Assembly (NCBI GenBank): GCA_037439545.1
Contig: JBBIVV010000011.1
Span: forward strand, 9,176 to 61,750
Origin: a bacterium
GTDB lineage: Bacteria; JAMCPX01
Reading direction: 5' to 3'
DNA: 52,575 nucleotides
In this document: piece after piece, positions 36,654-46,556 of the stretch
Layout of the letters: each line of letters starts with the position of its first letter
Numbering within the stretch: position 1 is the first letter of the stretch
Notes under the pieces: generated by a model
Seen by the model: only the letters and a program-made list of their open reading frames with translations
Told to the model about the DNA's origin: nothing
Database searches by the model: none
Made by a program: the position numbers and the translations under genes

Positions 36654-37709
36654 ATGGCTTTTTTTGGTGGTGGTAAGCAGCTTATAGGACTCGATATTGG
36701 AACCAGTAGCGTAAAACTGGTAGAACTAAAAGCTGTCGGGAAAAAGGGGTATCAATTGATAAATCTCGGTATAGCAAGCCTCCAGCCGGATACAATAGTT
36801 GACGGCGATATAATTAACACGACGGCAGTTACGGATGCTATAAAAAGTATTCTCGCGAATTTGAAGTTAAAGGTAAAAGGTACTGCTACTGCAGTGTCCG
36901 GTCACTCTGTCATCATGAAAAAGATAAACATGCCCATAACGACCGACGAAGCTCTTGCGGAATCGATACAGTGGGAGGCAGAACAATATATTCCATTTAA
37001 CATAAATGACGTAAACCTTGACTTTCAGGTCCTCGAGAGATCAACCGCAGAGGGACAGATGAGCGTGTTCCTGGTTGCGGCAAAGAAAGAACTCATCAAT
37101 AATTATATAACCGCCATCGGGGAAGCAGGACTCCATACGGCTATAATTGATATAGGTGTTTTTGCCCTTCAGAATATGTTTGAGATCAATTATCCGGAAT
37201 ATATGAATGATACAGTCGTTGTCGTGAACGTAGGAGCCAGCATTACGAACTTTAACGTCGTGAGCAAGGGTATTCCCATATTTGCAAGAGACCTGACTCA
37301 GTCCGGCGGCAATCAGATCACAGAAGAGATACAAAAGGGTCTGAACATATCGAGAGAAGAGGCAGAAAAACGAAAGGTAGGAAGCAGCGGAACATCCATT
37401 ACGCCCGATGTCATGGAAATCATTAAATCTGCTTCTGAGGCGATTTCATCGGACATTCAGCGATCCATAGATTTCTACTTGTCGACAGGTGGAGAGAAGA
37501 TAACGAAGATCATGCTGAGCGGAGGAACCGCCAAAACGCCGGGGTTTACGGATTTTATTACTCAGAAAACAGGCCTGCCTGTGGAAATTATAAACCCATT
37601 TAAGAACGTAGCTGTAAATACCAAGGTGTTCGATGTAAACTACATAAACGAGATATCGCCGATTGTATCTGTCGCTGTTGGTTTAGCCATAAGAAGGACG
37701 GGTAATTAA
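36654..37709 (+). CDS. pilM: Type IV pilus assembly protein PilM
   Basis: GLDIGTSSVKLVEL, WEAEQYIPF, LVAAKKE, LSGGTA, AVGLAIR. Confidence 0.95.
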   Translation: MAFFGGGKQLIGLDIGTSSVKLVELKAVGKKGYQLINLGIASLQPDTIVDGDIINTTAVTDAIKSILANLKLKVKGTATAVSGHSVIMKKINMPITTDEALAESIQWEAEQYIPFNINDVNLDFQVLERSTAEGQMSVFLVAAKKELINNYITAIGEAGLHTAIIDIGVFALQNMFEINYPEYMNDTVVVVNVGASITNFNVVSKGIPIFARDLTQSGGNQITEEIQKGLNISREEAEKRKVGSSGTSITPDVMEIIKSASEAISSDIQRSIDFYLSTGGEKITKIMLSGGTAKTPGFTDFITQKTGLPVEIINPFKNVAVNTKVFDVNYINEISPIVSVAVGLAIRRTGN

Positions 37710-37710
37710 C

Positions 37711-38337
37711 ATGATAAAAATTAATCTACTAAAACAGGCAAAGAAAGGCGTATCCTCCAAAGAGGTTGCACTCTATCAGCAGCTTATAATAGGCGGAGCT
37801 TTGATGGCCGTTGTCGTGGCTGTATTGTTTTTTATAGAATACTCTATTAAGAGTGAGATCTCTTCGGCGCAGGCTCATATGGTCCAGCTTAATCAGCAAT
37901 TAGTTCAGCTCAATAAAGAGGTCAATGAGATTAATGATTTCAAGAAGATGAAGGATCAGATAAAAGCAAAGCTCGATATTATAACGACCCTTGAAAAAAG
38001 CAGGACGGCAGAAGTCCACCTGATGGACGAACTGTCAAAATGCATACCTATAGATCAAACGAGCATCTTATCGAAAAAATTATGGCTTGTTTCTTTACAG
38101 GAGCATGGGGATTTACTCGGCTTGGATGGTGTGGCACTCGACAACAGTACGTTGGCACAATTTATGGATAGTCTTTCCCATGATCCATATTTTAGTGACG
38201 TCAACCTCGGGAAGACAGAACAGGTGAAATCAAATGACCTGTTGATTTATAAGTTTTCATTGTCCTGTAAATTTCATCCTATTCCTGGTGAAACCCAGGA
38301 AAAGGGAGCGACTAAAGTCCAGGGAGCAAAGGAGTAA
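37711..38337 (+). CDS. pilN: Type IV pilus assembly protein PilN
   Basis: MIKINLL motif, TM helix, coiled coil. Position after pilM. Confidence 0.92.
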   Translation: MIKINLLKQAKKGVSSKEVALYQQLIIGGALMAVVVAVLFFIEYSIKSEISSAQAHMVQLNQQLVQLNKEVNEINDFKKMKDQIKAKLDIITTLEKSRTAEVHLMDELSKCIPIDQTSILSKKLWLVSLQEHGDLLGLDGVALDNSTLAQFMDSLSHDPYFSDVNLGKTEQVKSNDLLIYKFSLSCKFHPIPGETQEKGATKVQGAKE

Positions 38338-38342
38338 TTATT

Positions 38343-38954
38343 ATGGATATTAATATCAATACTTTGGCAAAACTGAATACTCAGCAGAAACTGTTGCTGC
38401 TGGGAGTTGTTCTTATACTTATCCTGTTATTAGACTTGTATGTTTGGCCTGGATATCTCTCAGAAAGAAATAAATACGCCTCTGTCCAATCTCAGGAGAG
38501 AACCCTTCAGGCAAAAGTTCTGGAAACACAGGCAATAGCAGATCATAAGAAAGAATTCCAGAATGAGCTCGATAAACTTACGGAGCAGTTAAAAGAGGCT
38601 TTAACGAAATTACCCAACAGCTCGGACATAGATAAATACCTGGTCACACTGAACACACTGTCTAAAACGACGGAACTGAACGTTATACAGGTTGAGCCCA
38701 AGCAGGAGATTGTAAAAGGGTTTTATGCAGAGATACCCGTTCAACTGCACCTCACAGGAACATACGACGATATCGCTGTGTTCCTCTATAAGCTTGCAGA
38801 ACTGCAGCGCATAGTTAATGTGTCCGATCTCAATCTTAAAATCATGCAACAAACATCGACGGGTAAAACAATGCTTGACGCGATGTTTTTAACGAAGATA
38901 TTCAGATTCGTTGAATCTAATCCTTCTCCTGGAGCTCCTGGAGGCAAAAAATGA
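38343..38954 (+). CDS. pilO: Type IV pilus assembly protein PilO
   Basis: TM, coiled coil, KLP, FYAEIPV, GTYDDI..F, LQRIVNV. Confidence 0.92.
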   Translation: MDININTLAKLNTQQKLLLLGVVLILILLLDLYVWPGYLSERNKYASVQSQERTLQAKVLETQAIADHKKEFQNELDKLTEQLKEALTKLPNSSDIDKYLVTLNTLSKTTELNVIQVEPKQEIVKGFYAEIPVQLHLTGTYDDIAVFLYKLAELQRIVNVSDLNLKIMQQTSTGKTMLDAMFLTKIFRFVESNPSPGAPGGKK

Positions 38955-38970
38955 GAAAGAGGAAATATTT

Positions 38971-39501
38971 ATGAAAAAAGTAAAATTTCTCCTGCTGGTT
39001 AATCTTGCCATACTCGGTATAATTGCCACTGATTGTAAGAAATCCAGTGTTTCAAATGCTGTAGTTAAAAAAACTGTACAATCTGTAAATTCAGTTTCAC
39101 AGCCGCAGACAGTTGCAAATACGGTAACCCAGAGTACCCTTACCACTACTACGTCGGCTTACTACTACAACCCTGCCGGCAAACCGGATCCATTTGAACC
39201 ATTCGATATATCCAAGATCAAACCCAATACCGCGCTTACGCCATTGCAGCAATTCTCCCTTGATCAGCTCTCCTTAAAGGGTATAATATGGGGTGTTGCA
39301 AATGCAAAAGCTATCATAGCGGATCCTACGGGTAAAACCTATATAGTCGGCACAGGAACAAAGATTGGGAAGAACAATGGAATTATCATACGGATATTGA
39401 ATGAAAAACTCATTGTTCTTGAACAATACACGGATGTCTTTACCGGCAAAGTGAAGACGAACGAAGTTACCATGGAATTAAAGAAAACTGAAAAATATTA
39501 A
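38971..39501 (+). CDS. pilP: Type IV pilus lipoprotein PilP
   Basis: YNPAGKPDPF, PLQQFSLDQLSLKGIIW, IGKNNG. ATG 38971 gives a signal peptide ending in Cys. Confidence 0.9.
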   Translation: MKKVKFLLLVNLAILGIIATDCKKSSVSNAVVKKTVQSVNSVSQPQTVANTVTQSTLTTTTSAYYYNPAGKPDPFEPFDISKIKPNTALTPLQQFSLDQLSLKGIIWGVANAKAIIADPTGKTYIVGTGTKIGKNNGIIIRILNEKLIVLEQYTDVFTGKVKTNEVTMELKKTEKY

Positions 39502-39512
39502 GGGGGAATAAA

Positions 39513-42032
39513 ATGAAAATAAGACTCAAAACAAAAGTTTTTTTATTAAATTTGATTATGGCTTTCCTTATAGGCGCATGTGCAGGCTCAAAACCTGTTC
39601 CTGGCGGTGGCAGTAATATCATCGGCAACATCGACATAGCTGATCGGAATACTGCGACCGTATTGACTGTAGAAGGAAGCACTCCCCCTGTATATACAAT
39701 ATACAAAATGACCAATCCGTTAAGGGTGGTCGTCGACATGACAAATGCCGATATATCTGCATTGTCTAAAACCCTGCCCATCAACAATGGTGTGATAAAC
39801 AATGTAGAGGTAAAGTCCATAAAAGAAGAGTCCGGAAGTGCGGTGAGCAGGCTTGAAATAGGTCTTGATAAGCTCGTTGACTATAATGCATCCGTACAGG
39901 GAAATAATCTTATTGTCAACGTTTCCAAAGCAGCCTCATCAAACCAGTCTGCCAATGCACTGCCGGAAATCCCGGCTGGAGGTACAACAGGTGCTGAAAC
40001 AGCAATCGCTCCACCATTGCCAGAAATGCCGCCGGCTTCGGGAAGTCCTTCAGAAACAACCCAGCCTCTGGAAACGTCTCCTCAGCCTCCTGAGCAGCAG
40101 ATTACCCCGGAGTTAGCTCCTGCCGCAGCTATGCCGTTGACACCGACGGGTGCGGAGCAGCCTCTCCAGCCGGAAGCTGCCCTGCAGCCTACGGTACCAG
40201 CCATGCCTGAAGAACAAATTCCTCCTGCACCGCCTACACCCGCTGTACCTGTGGTTGAAGAGCAGCAGTCATCCGCAACTCAACAGCCGGCTGCATCGAA
40301 GATTATTGATGTAAAATATAATGAAGTCGATAACAAGACGATTGTCGATTTTGTCGGGAACGGTGACATCGGGAATTATAATGCATTTAAATTAAACAAT
40401 CCTCCGCGGCTTGTCGTGGATATTCTCAATGTCGGTAATCTTTTCCCGACCAATGAGATGCCGATTGGTACCAATAATGTTCAGAGAATAAGGATTGGAC
40501 AATATCCTGACAAAGTAAGATTTGTAATCGATACTTCAAAAGATGCTTTTCCTCCTTATACGATAGAAAAGAAAGGCAACAAGCTCGTTGCTACTATCGG
40601 TTCCGGTGTACAGGAACAAGGAGTAGTTGTTTTGTCGAAGCCGGAAGCAGAGATTCCGGGTGCTCCTGCCTCACAGCAAATAAGTACACCGCCCGTATCA
40701 CCGGTCGCTTTCTCACCGCAGAGTCTCGGCATGAAGAAAATGTACATAGGAAGGAAGGTGTCCTTGGATTTTAAGGATGCCGATATTCAGGATATCTTGC
40801 GGTTGATAGCTGAGGTAAGCAATAAAAATATAATAGCCGGGGATGATGTTACCGGAAAGGTTACGATGAGGATGGTTAACGTTCCGTGGGATCAAGCTCT
40901 GGATATAATACTCCAGACAAACAATCTTGGTATGGTGCAGGTAGGCAATATCATCAGGATAGCACCATTAGACAAATTGAGAAAAGAACAGGAAGCACAG
41001 CTCGAAAGCAAGCAAAAACAGGAGAAGTTAGAAGAGCTTGTTACAAGAATAATTCCGGTCAATTACGCCAAAGCATCGGATCTTGCCACGCAGCTTAAAT
41101 CACTGTTAACCTCGAGAGGGTCGGTCAATATTGACAGCAGAACAAATTCAATAATCATCAAAGATGTGCCAAAGGTGATAACGGAGTCTGAAAAACTGGT
41201 GAAAGCTCTGGATCTCCAGACACCGGAGGTCCTGATAGAGGCACGCATTGTCGAGGCGAATACCAACTTCAGCCGGCAACTCGGCGTGCAGTGGGGGACA
41301 AATTATGTCGCAAGTCCCGCGTATGGCAATGCGACCGGTTTGTCATTCCCCAATACAATAGGTGTTGGAGGAGGTATCATACGTCAAAACCCGACATCTC
41401 AACCGCTGCCATTGGCAGGTGGAGTGGGTTCGAGCGGAAGCAATTACATGGTCAACCTTCCTGCAGCAGTGGGTACAGGGGCTGGCGGTAATATAGGCTT
41501 TACCTTCGGCAACATAACCAATAGCTTCCTTCTCGACCTCCAGTTAAGTGCCATGGAGCAAACGGGCGAAGGTAAGATCATCTCGAGTCCGAAGGTTACC
41601 ACACTCGACAATACACAGGCGAAGATACAGCAGGGTCTCTCGATACCTTATCAGACCGTTTCTCAGATGGGTACACAGACACAGTTTATCGATGCGGTCC
41701 TGAGTCTTGAAGTAACACCGCATATAACTGCAAACGGCAGTGTCATCATGAAGATAAAGGCAGATAAAAATGCCCCTGATACATCGATACTCAGTGCAAG
41801 CGGTGTGCCGAGTATATCAAAGAAAGAGGCGGACACAGAAGTGCTTGTCAAGAATGGAGAGACTACGGTTATCGGTGGAATATACCAGTTTAGTAAATCT
41901 AATACAGTATCGGGTGTACCCTGGTTCTATAAGATACCTATAATAGGATGGTTGTTCAAGAACACAACAAACACGAACCAGACAACGGAGCTGCTTATAT
42001 TCATCACACCGAGAATAGTTAATCAACAATGA
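39513..42032 (+). CDS. pilQ: Type IV pilus secretin PilQ (lipoprotein, two AMIN domains)
   Basis: Lipobox LIGAC; two AMIN domains (PLRVVVD, PPRLVVDI) separated by a Pro-rich linker; SLDFKDADI, VPWDQALD, VLIEARIVE, ELLIFITPRI. Confidence 0.96.
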   Translation: MKIRLKTKVFLLNLIMAFLIGACAGSKPVPGGGSNIIGNIDIADRNTATVLTVEGSTPPVYTIYKMTNPLRVVVDMTNADISALSKTLPINNGVINNVEVKSIKEESGSAVSRLEIGLDKLVDYNASVQGNNLIVNVSKAASSNQSANALPEIPAGGTTGAETAIAPPLPEMPPASGSPSETTQPLETSPQPPEQQITPELAPAAAMPLTPTGAEQPLQPEAALQPTVPAMPEEQIPPAPPTPAVPVVEEQQSSATQQPAASKIIDVKYNEVDNKTIVDFVGNGDIGNYNAFKLNNPPRLVVDILNVGNLFPTNEMPIGTNNVQRIRIGQYPDKVRFVIDTSKDAFPPYTIEKKGNKLVATIGSGVQEQGVVVLSKPEAEIPGAPASQQISTPPVSPVAFSPQSLGMKKMYIGRKVSLDFKDADIQDILRLIAEVSNKNIIAGDDVTGKVTMRMVNVPWDQALDIILQTNNLGMVQVGNIIRIAPLDKLRKEQEAQLESKQKQEKLEELVTRIIPVNYAKASDLATQLKSLLTSRGSVNIDSRTNSIIIKDVPKVITESEKLVKALDLQTPEVLIEARIVEANTNFSRQLGVQWGTNYVASPAYGNATGLSFPNTIGVGGGIIRQNPTSQPLPLAGGVGSSGSNYMVNLPAAVGTGAGGNIGFTFGNITNSFLLDLQLSAMEQTGEGKIISSPKVTTLDNTQAKIQQGLSIPYQTVSQMGTQTQFIDAVLSLEVTPHITANGSVIMKIKADKNAPDTSILSASGVPSISKKEADTEVLVKNGETTVIGGIYQFSKSNTVSGVPWFYKIPIIGWLFKNTTNTNQTTELLIFITPRIVNQQ

Positions 42033-42041
42033 CCGATGACG

Positions 42042-42079
42042 AATGACCAGAGAATAATGACCAGAGAATAATGATCAGA
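42042..42079 (+). repeat. 14-bp tandem repeat between pilQ and aroC
   Basis: AATGACCAGAGAAT twice (42042-42069) plus a partial AATGATCAGA that contains the aroC ATG. Confidence 0.7.
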
Positions 42080-43255
42080 TACATCACTGGCGGGGAGTCC
42101 CACGGTAAAGGTTTGACGGCCATAATCGAGGGATTACCTGCCGGTCTCTTTATAGATACAGATATTATGAACGCATATCTGTCCAGGCGGCAGGGCGGTT
42201 ATGGCAGAGGGAAAAGAATGTCTATTGAAAGGGATCAAGCGGAGATAGTATCAGGCGTAAGGCATGGCTGCACGATAGGTTCTCCGGTAACACTTTACAT
42301 AGAAAATAGAGATTGGGCAAACTGGAAGGATATTATGGACCCCTTCCATAGTATAAATGAAAAGGCTGTCACTATGCCAAGACCCGGTCATGCAGATTTG
42401 GCAGGCGGTATAAAGTATGACCAGCATGATTTGAGAAATATCCTCGAGCGTTCAAGTGCAAGGGAAACTGCAATAAGAACAGCCGTTGGTATTATTACAA
42501 AACTGCTCCTCAAGGAGATATCTATAGAAATTTACAGCTTTGTTATTGCCATCGGAAACAGCAGGGTTAAAAAAGATATCCTTCCTCTTAAAACCATGGG
42601 GAGCAATTATCTTAAAAAACTCGTAGAGATAGCAGATTCAGACAGCAATATGATGAATATGCCTGATAAAACAGCATCAAATAAAGCGGTAAAATTAATA
42701 GAAAACGCCCAAAAAAAGGGAGACACGCTTGGCGGTGTTTTTGAGATCAGAACGGTAAACATACCTGTTGGTCTTGGCTCATACAGTCAATGGGACAGGA
42801 AATTAAGCAGCAGGCTTGCAGGTGCTGTAATGAGCGTGCAGGCGATAAAAGCCGTTGAATTTGGAGATGGTGTCGCCAATGCAGCACGGTACGGCTCAGA
42901 TGTACATGATGAGATCTTTTATTCCCCGATAAAGGGATTCTACAGAAAAACAGACAGGGCAGGGGGCGTGGAAGGGGGCGTCACGAACGGTGAAGATATT
43001 ATACTGCGTGCATATATGAAACCTATATCGACCCTCTACAAACCTTTGCGCAGTGTGGATATTATGACCAAGCGGCCTGTCAGGGCGACCGTTCAGAGGT
43101 CCGATATTTGTGCCGTCCCTGCAGCTTCGGTTGTCGGCGAAGCGGTCGTTGCAATCGAGCTCGCAAATGCCGTGATGGAAAAATTCGGCGGCGATACAAT
43201 CATGGAATTAAAGAGGAATTATAACTCCTACATTTCTTCTATCTCGAAATATTAG
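42071..43255 (+). CDS. aroC: Chorismate synthase
   Basis: GESHG, RRQGGYGRG, PRPGHAD, ERSSARET, MKPISTL, RSD. Confidence 0.96.
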   Translation: MIRYITGGESHGKGLTAIIEGLPAGLFIDTDIMNAYLSRRQGGYGRGKRMSIERDQAEIVSGVRHGCTIGSPVTLYIENRDWANWKDIMDPFHSINEKAVTMPRPGHADLAGGIKYDQHDLRNILERSSARETAIRTAVGIITKLLLKEISIEIYSFVIAIGNSRVKKDILPLKTMGSNYLKKLVEIADSDSNMMNMPDKTASNKAVKLIENAQKKGDTLGGVFEIRTVNIPVGLGSYSQWDRKLSSRLAGAVMSVQAIKAVEFGDGVANAARYGSDVHDEIFYSPIKGFYRKTDRAGGVEGGVTNGEDIILRAYMKPISTLYKPLRSVDIMTKRPVRATVQRSDICAVPAASVVGEAVVAIELANAVMEKFGGDTIMELKRNYNSYISSISKY

Positions 43256-43261
43256 TTATGT

Positions 43262-43765
43262 ATGGGCCATGTTATCCTTATAGGTATGATGGGGACAGGC
43301 AAGACAACGGTGGGCAGGATTTTAGCACGACTTGCAGCAAGGAGCTTTATTGATACGGATCTTCTTATAGAGAAACGAGAAGGAAGAAGCATCTCTGAAA
43401 TCATAGGCAATAGTGGTGAGGAATATTTTAGAATGACGGAAAAAAATGTAATTCTATCCATCGATTTAATAACACCATCGGTTATAGCAGCAGGCGGCGG
43501 TGCCGTGATGAACGATGAGATACATTCATTCTTTAAGAATGCAGGCAGGATGGTTTACCTGAGGTCTTCTGCCGAGACTATTTATATAAGGACATCAAAT
43601 CTTGATTCAAGACCCCTCCTCATGCAAGGCGACAGACTTGAAATTATAAAGACATTATTACATAAAAGAGAACAACGATATCTCGATTGCGATGTTGTTA
43701 TAGAATCGGACAACCGTTCTCCTATGTCGATTGCAAACGATATAGCCATGAGGCTTGACCTGTGA
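43262..43765 (+). CDS. aroK: Shikimate kinase
   Basis: GMMGTGKTTVG, DTD, GEEYFR..E, GGGAV, RPLL. Confidence 0.93.
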   Translation: MGHVILIGMMGTGKTTVGRILARLAARSFIDTDLLIEKREGRSISEIIGNSGEEYFRMTEKNVILSIDLITPSVIAAGGGAVMNDEIHSFFKNAGRMVYLRSSAETIYIRTSNLDSRPLLMQGDRLEIIKTLLHKREQRYLDCDVVIESDNRSPMSIANDIAMRLDL

Positions 43766-44853
43766 AAATGACAATGACTCTCAAAATTAACCCTGTACCT
43801 TCTGTCTACGATATAGCTGTTACAGACGAAAAACCGTTTATTTCGCTGTTTAAGAAGATTCAATCTCTCAACCACAGTACTATTATGGTCATCACAAATA
43901 CTGTTGTTCATGGATTATACGGCAAGAAGATTGACTCATTGTTCAAAGATAACAACCTGAAGTATGGATTGATCTCGCTGCCTGATGGAGAAAAGTATAA
44001 GAACCTTGAGACAGTCCGGAAAATATATGACAGGCTCATTTCATACCATGCCGACAGAAGTTCCCTGCTCATTGCTTTTGGCGGGGGGGTGGTCGGCGAT
44101 ATTACCGGGTTTACTGCTTCGACATACATGAGGGGCATAAAATACATTCAAGCGCCTACGACACTGCTCGCCCAGGTGGATGCAGCTATTGGAGGTAAAA
44201 CAGGCGTCGATCATCCTTATGCAAAAAATATCATCGGTTCATTCTATCAGCCTCATTTTGTATACTCCAACATAAATTTTCTAATGACCCTGTCCCCTCG
44301 CATGTATACGTCCGGATTAGCCGAAGTCATCAAGTATGGCGCGGTAAATGATGAGGCATTGTTAAAATATATTGAAAAGCATAGTGCAGATATCATTCAC
44401 TATAACGCTCATCTGCTTTTAAAAATCATATCTGATTCAAGTAAAATAAAGTTGAATATAGTGCAGAACGATGAAAAAGAAACCTCGGGCATAAGGATGG
44501 TATTGAATTTCGGTCATACATTCGGTCATGCAATAGAGGTCCTCAGTGATTATAAAATACTTCACGGAGAGGCTGTCGGGACAGGAATGATAATAGCATC
44601 TAAACTTTCTCATAGACTCGGGTTGTGCAATAGAGATGTTCCGGACAGAATAGAGCACTTGATAAGGGAAATTAAATTGCCGGTATCGGTTAAAAGTCTT
44701 GATATAAACCGCTTGAGTAAAATTATAAACTATGATAAAAAGAACAAAGCAGGCATGATAAATCTTATACTGCTGAAAAGGATTGGAGTTCCGGTAATTT
44801 ATAAGATGGAAAAAAGAATGTTAAAAAAAATATTAATGGAGGTAAAGGTATGA
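43762..44853 (+). CDS. aroB: 3-dehydroquinate synthase
   Basis: DGEKYK, GGGVVGDITGF, PTTLLAQVDAAIGGKTG, LNFGHTFGHAIE, LHGEAV. Confidence 0.96.
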   Translation: MKMTMTLKINPVPSVYDIAVTDEKPFISLFKKIQSLNHSTIMVITNTVVHGLYGKKIDSLFKDNNLKYGLISLPDGEKYKNLETVRKIYDRLISYHADRSSLLIAFGGGVVGDITGFTASTYMRGIKYIQAPTTLLAQVDAAIGGKTGVDHPYAKNIIGSFYQPHFVYSNINFLMTLSPRMYTSGLAEVIKYGAVNDEALLKYIEKHSADIIHYNAHLLLKIISDSSKIKLNIVQNDEKETSGIRMVLNFGHTFGHAIEVLSDYKILHGEAVGTGMIIASKLSHRLGLCNRDVPDRIEHLIREIKLPVSVKSLDINRLSKIINYDKKNKAGMINLILLKRIGVPVIYKMEKRMLKKILMEVKV

Positions 44854-45347
44854 GGTTAAAGAAACTTTTGTTTGCAGTGTTTTTTGCAGGCATGATGATC
44901 GTTATAGGCTGCGGTTCTAATGAGGCACCAAACGGTTCTACGATAACGGTCAGCACGACGAAGTATGCCATTAAAGATACGGTAGATCCTTATATTGACG
45001 AGCTTGTCTATGTTACAGTCCTCGGACCGTCCGGTATTCCGATGAACGGCGTTAAAGTTGTGTACGACTGCGGTCTTGCAGTCGGTCAGCAGGGGGGGAA
45101 TAACACGGGGGTAATAGCTCTCCTTGATAAAAACGATAATATATGTCCCGTGCCATGTTCCGATACTACCGATAGCCGCGGTATGACTGTCATGCATGTA
45201 AGAATGTGCCTTCAAACCCAGCCGGGATGTCCGTTCTCTCCTGTTCCTTTTACAGGGACAACAGGCTATCTTTCGTATGGTCCTGTAGATGTATTTGTTA
45301 CGTCCGGCAATGCGACACCGGTTTCAGTTGAGTTTGATGCGAATTAA
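44850..45347 (+). CDS. Hypothetical Cys-rich lipoprotein with Big_1-like Ig features
   Basis: Lipobox VIGC; VTVLGPSGIPMNGVKV...TTDSRG resembles bacterial Ig group 1. ATGA overlap with aroB. Confidence 0.65.
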   Translation: MRLKKLLFAVFFAGMMIVIGCGSNEAPNGSTITVSTTKYAIKDTVDPYIDELVYVTVLGPSGIPMNGVKVVYDCGLAVGQQGGNNTGVIALLDKNDNICPVPCSDTTDSRGMTVMHVRMCLQTQPGCPFSPVPFTGTTGYLSYGPVDVFVTSGNATPVSVEFDAN

Positions 45348-45372
45348 CATGAGACGCATATAAAACTCGTTT

Positions 45373-45744
45373 GTGCAAGGTAAAACAGTAAACAAACGGT
45401 TCCTGGGAAACAAAGGAGAGGATAGTGCGGTAAAGTTTTTAGAACAGCAGCACTATAAGATCATAACGAGAAATTACAGGTCTCATTTTGGAGAGATAGA
45501 CATTATAGCAATGGATAAGAACCAAACTGTTTTTATAGAGGTTAAGAGCAGGAATTCCTTTATATTCGGCAGCCCGCAGGACTCTGTTATTCATACAAAG
45601 AAAAGGCGGATCACCCTGACTGCAATCGATTACATACAAAGGAACCATCTTGAAAATAAACCTGTGAGATTTGATGTTATTGCTATAAATCCTGACCATT
45701 CGATAAATCTCATTAAAAACGCCTTTGATGCAGAGTACCGGTAG
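45373..45744 (+). CDS. yraN: YraN (UPF0102) family putative endonuclease
   Basis: GNKGE, RNYR..FGEIDII, VFIEVKSR, RFDVI. Confidence 0.9.
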   Translation: MQGKTVNKRFLGNKGEDSAVKFLEQQHYKIITRNYRSHFGEIDIIAMDKNQTVFIEVKSRNSFIFGSPQDSVIHTKKRRITLTAIDYIQRNHLENKPVRFDVIAINPDHSINLIKNAFDAEYR

Positions 45745-46525
45745 CTTATTCATTGTCTCAACGCCGATAGGTAATCTCGAGGACATCACCATAAGAGCTA
45801 TCGGTACGCTGCAGAAGGCAGACATCATTGCATGTGAAGATACACGAAAATCCCGGATACTCTTAAACAAATACAATATCAAAAAACAGCTCATAAGCTT
45901 CCACAAGTATTCTGAGGCACAAAAATATACCCGGATTATTGATTCTTTAAAACGGGGAATGAATATTGCCCTGATAACCGATGCAGGCACACCCGGCATA
46001 TCGGATCCCGGGGCATACCTTGTGAAGCAGGTCATGAAGAACGACATAAAGGTCGTGCCGATCCCCGGGCCATCTGCACTTGCATGTGCAGTATCAATAA
46101 GTGGGGTCTCTGAACCAGTTTTCGTATTTATCGGTTTTATGCCTTCGGGACTTTCGGACAAAAAAGACATAATAAAAAAATATTTTTCATTGGGAATACC
46201 GGTTGTGTTCTATGAAACGCCGAAACGGCTGTTAAATACCGTGAAACTTATGAGGAGTATCCTCAATGAAGCCACGGTGTTGGTATTCAAAGAATTAACG
46301 AAGATTCATGAAGAAATTATTTACGGCGATATCGGTGAGGTTTTAAATAAATTGGAACACAGCACCATAAAAGGTGAATACACCGTTATTGCGGAATGTA
46401 AAAACTATAAGGCAGATACGGAAAAAATTGTGCAGGACAAGAAGTTGCTCCTAAAAATGGCATCAGCGGTGACCGGATTGGATAAACGGGAGATATATAA
46501 AAGATTGTTTAGAAAAGTCGGTTGA
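45728..46525 (+). CDS. rsmI: 16S rRNA Cm1402 methyltransferase
   Basis: TPIGNLEDIT, ACEDTR, TDAGTPGISDPG, PIPGPSA, ELTKIHEE, KGE. Confidence 0.94.
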   Translation: MQSTGSLFIVSTPIGNLEDITIRAIGTLQKADIIACEDTRKSRILLNKYNIKKQLISFHKYSEAQKYTRIIDSLKRGMNIALITDAGTPGISDPGAYLVKQVMKNDIKVVPIPGPSALACAVSISGVSEPVFVFIGFMPSGLSDKKDIIKKYFSLGIPVVFYETPKRLLNTVKLMRSILNEATVLVFKELTKIHEEIIYGDIGEVLNKLEHSTIKGEYTVIAECKNYKADTEKIVQDKKLLLKMASAVTGLDKREIYKRLFRKVG

Positions 46526-46556
46526 ATTATTCATTGTTGTGTGTTAATTTAATTTC
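46522..46556 (+). promoter_or_regulatory. Putative leaderless extended -10 promoter of uppS
   Basis: TTGAAT (46522-46527), 17 bp, TGn-TAATTT (46545-46550), 6 nt, then ATG 46557. No SD. Confidence 0.55.

Noticed and set aside
39960..40290. Pro/Gln/Ala-rich segment in pilQ as an insertion or repeat element
   Set aside because: It is an in-frame low-complexity linker between the AMIN domains, with no exact nucleotide repeats.
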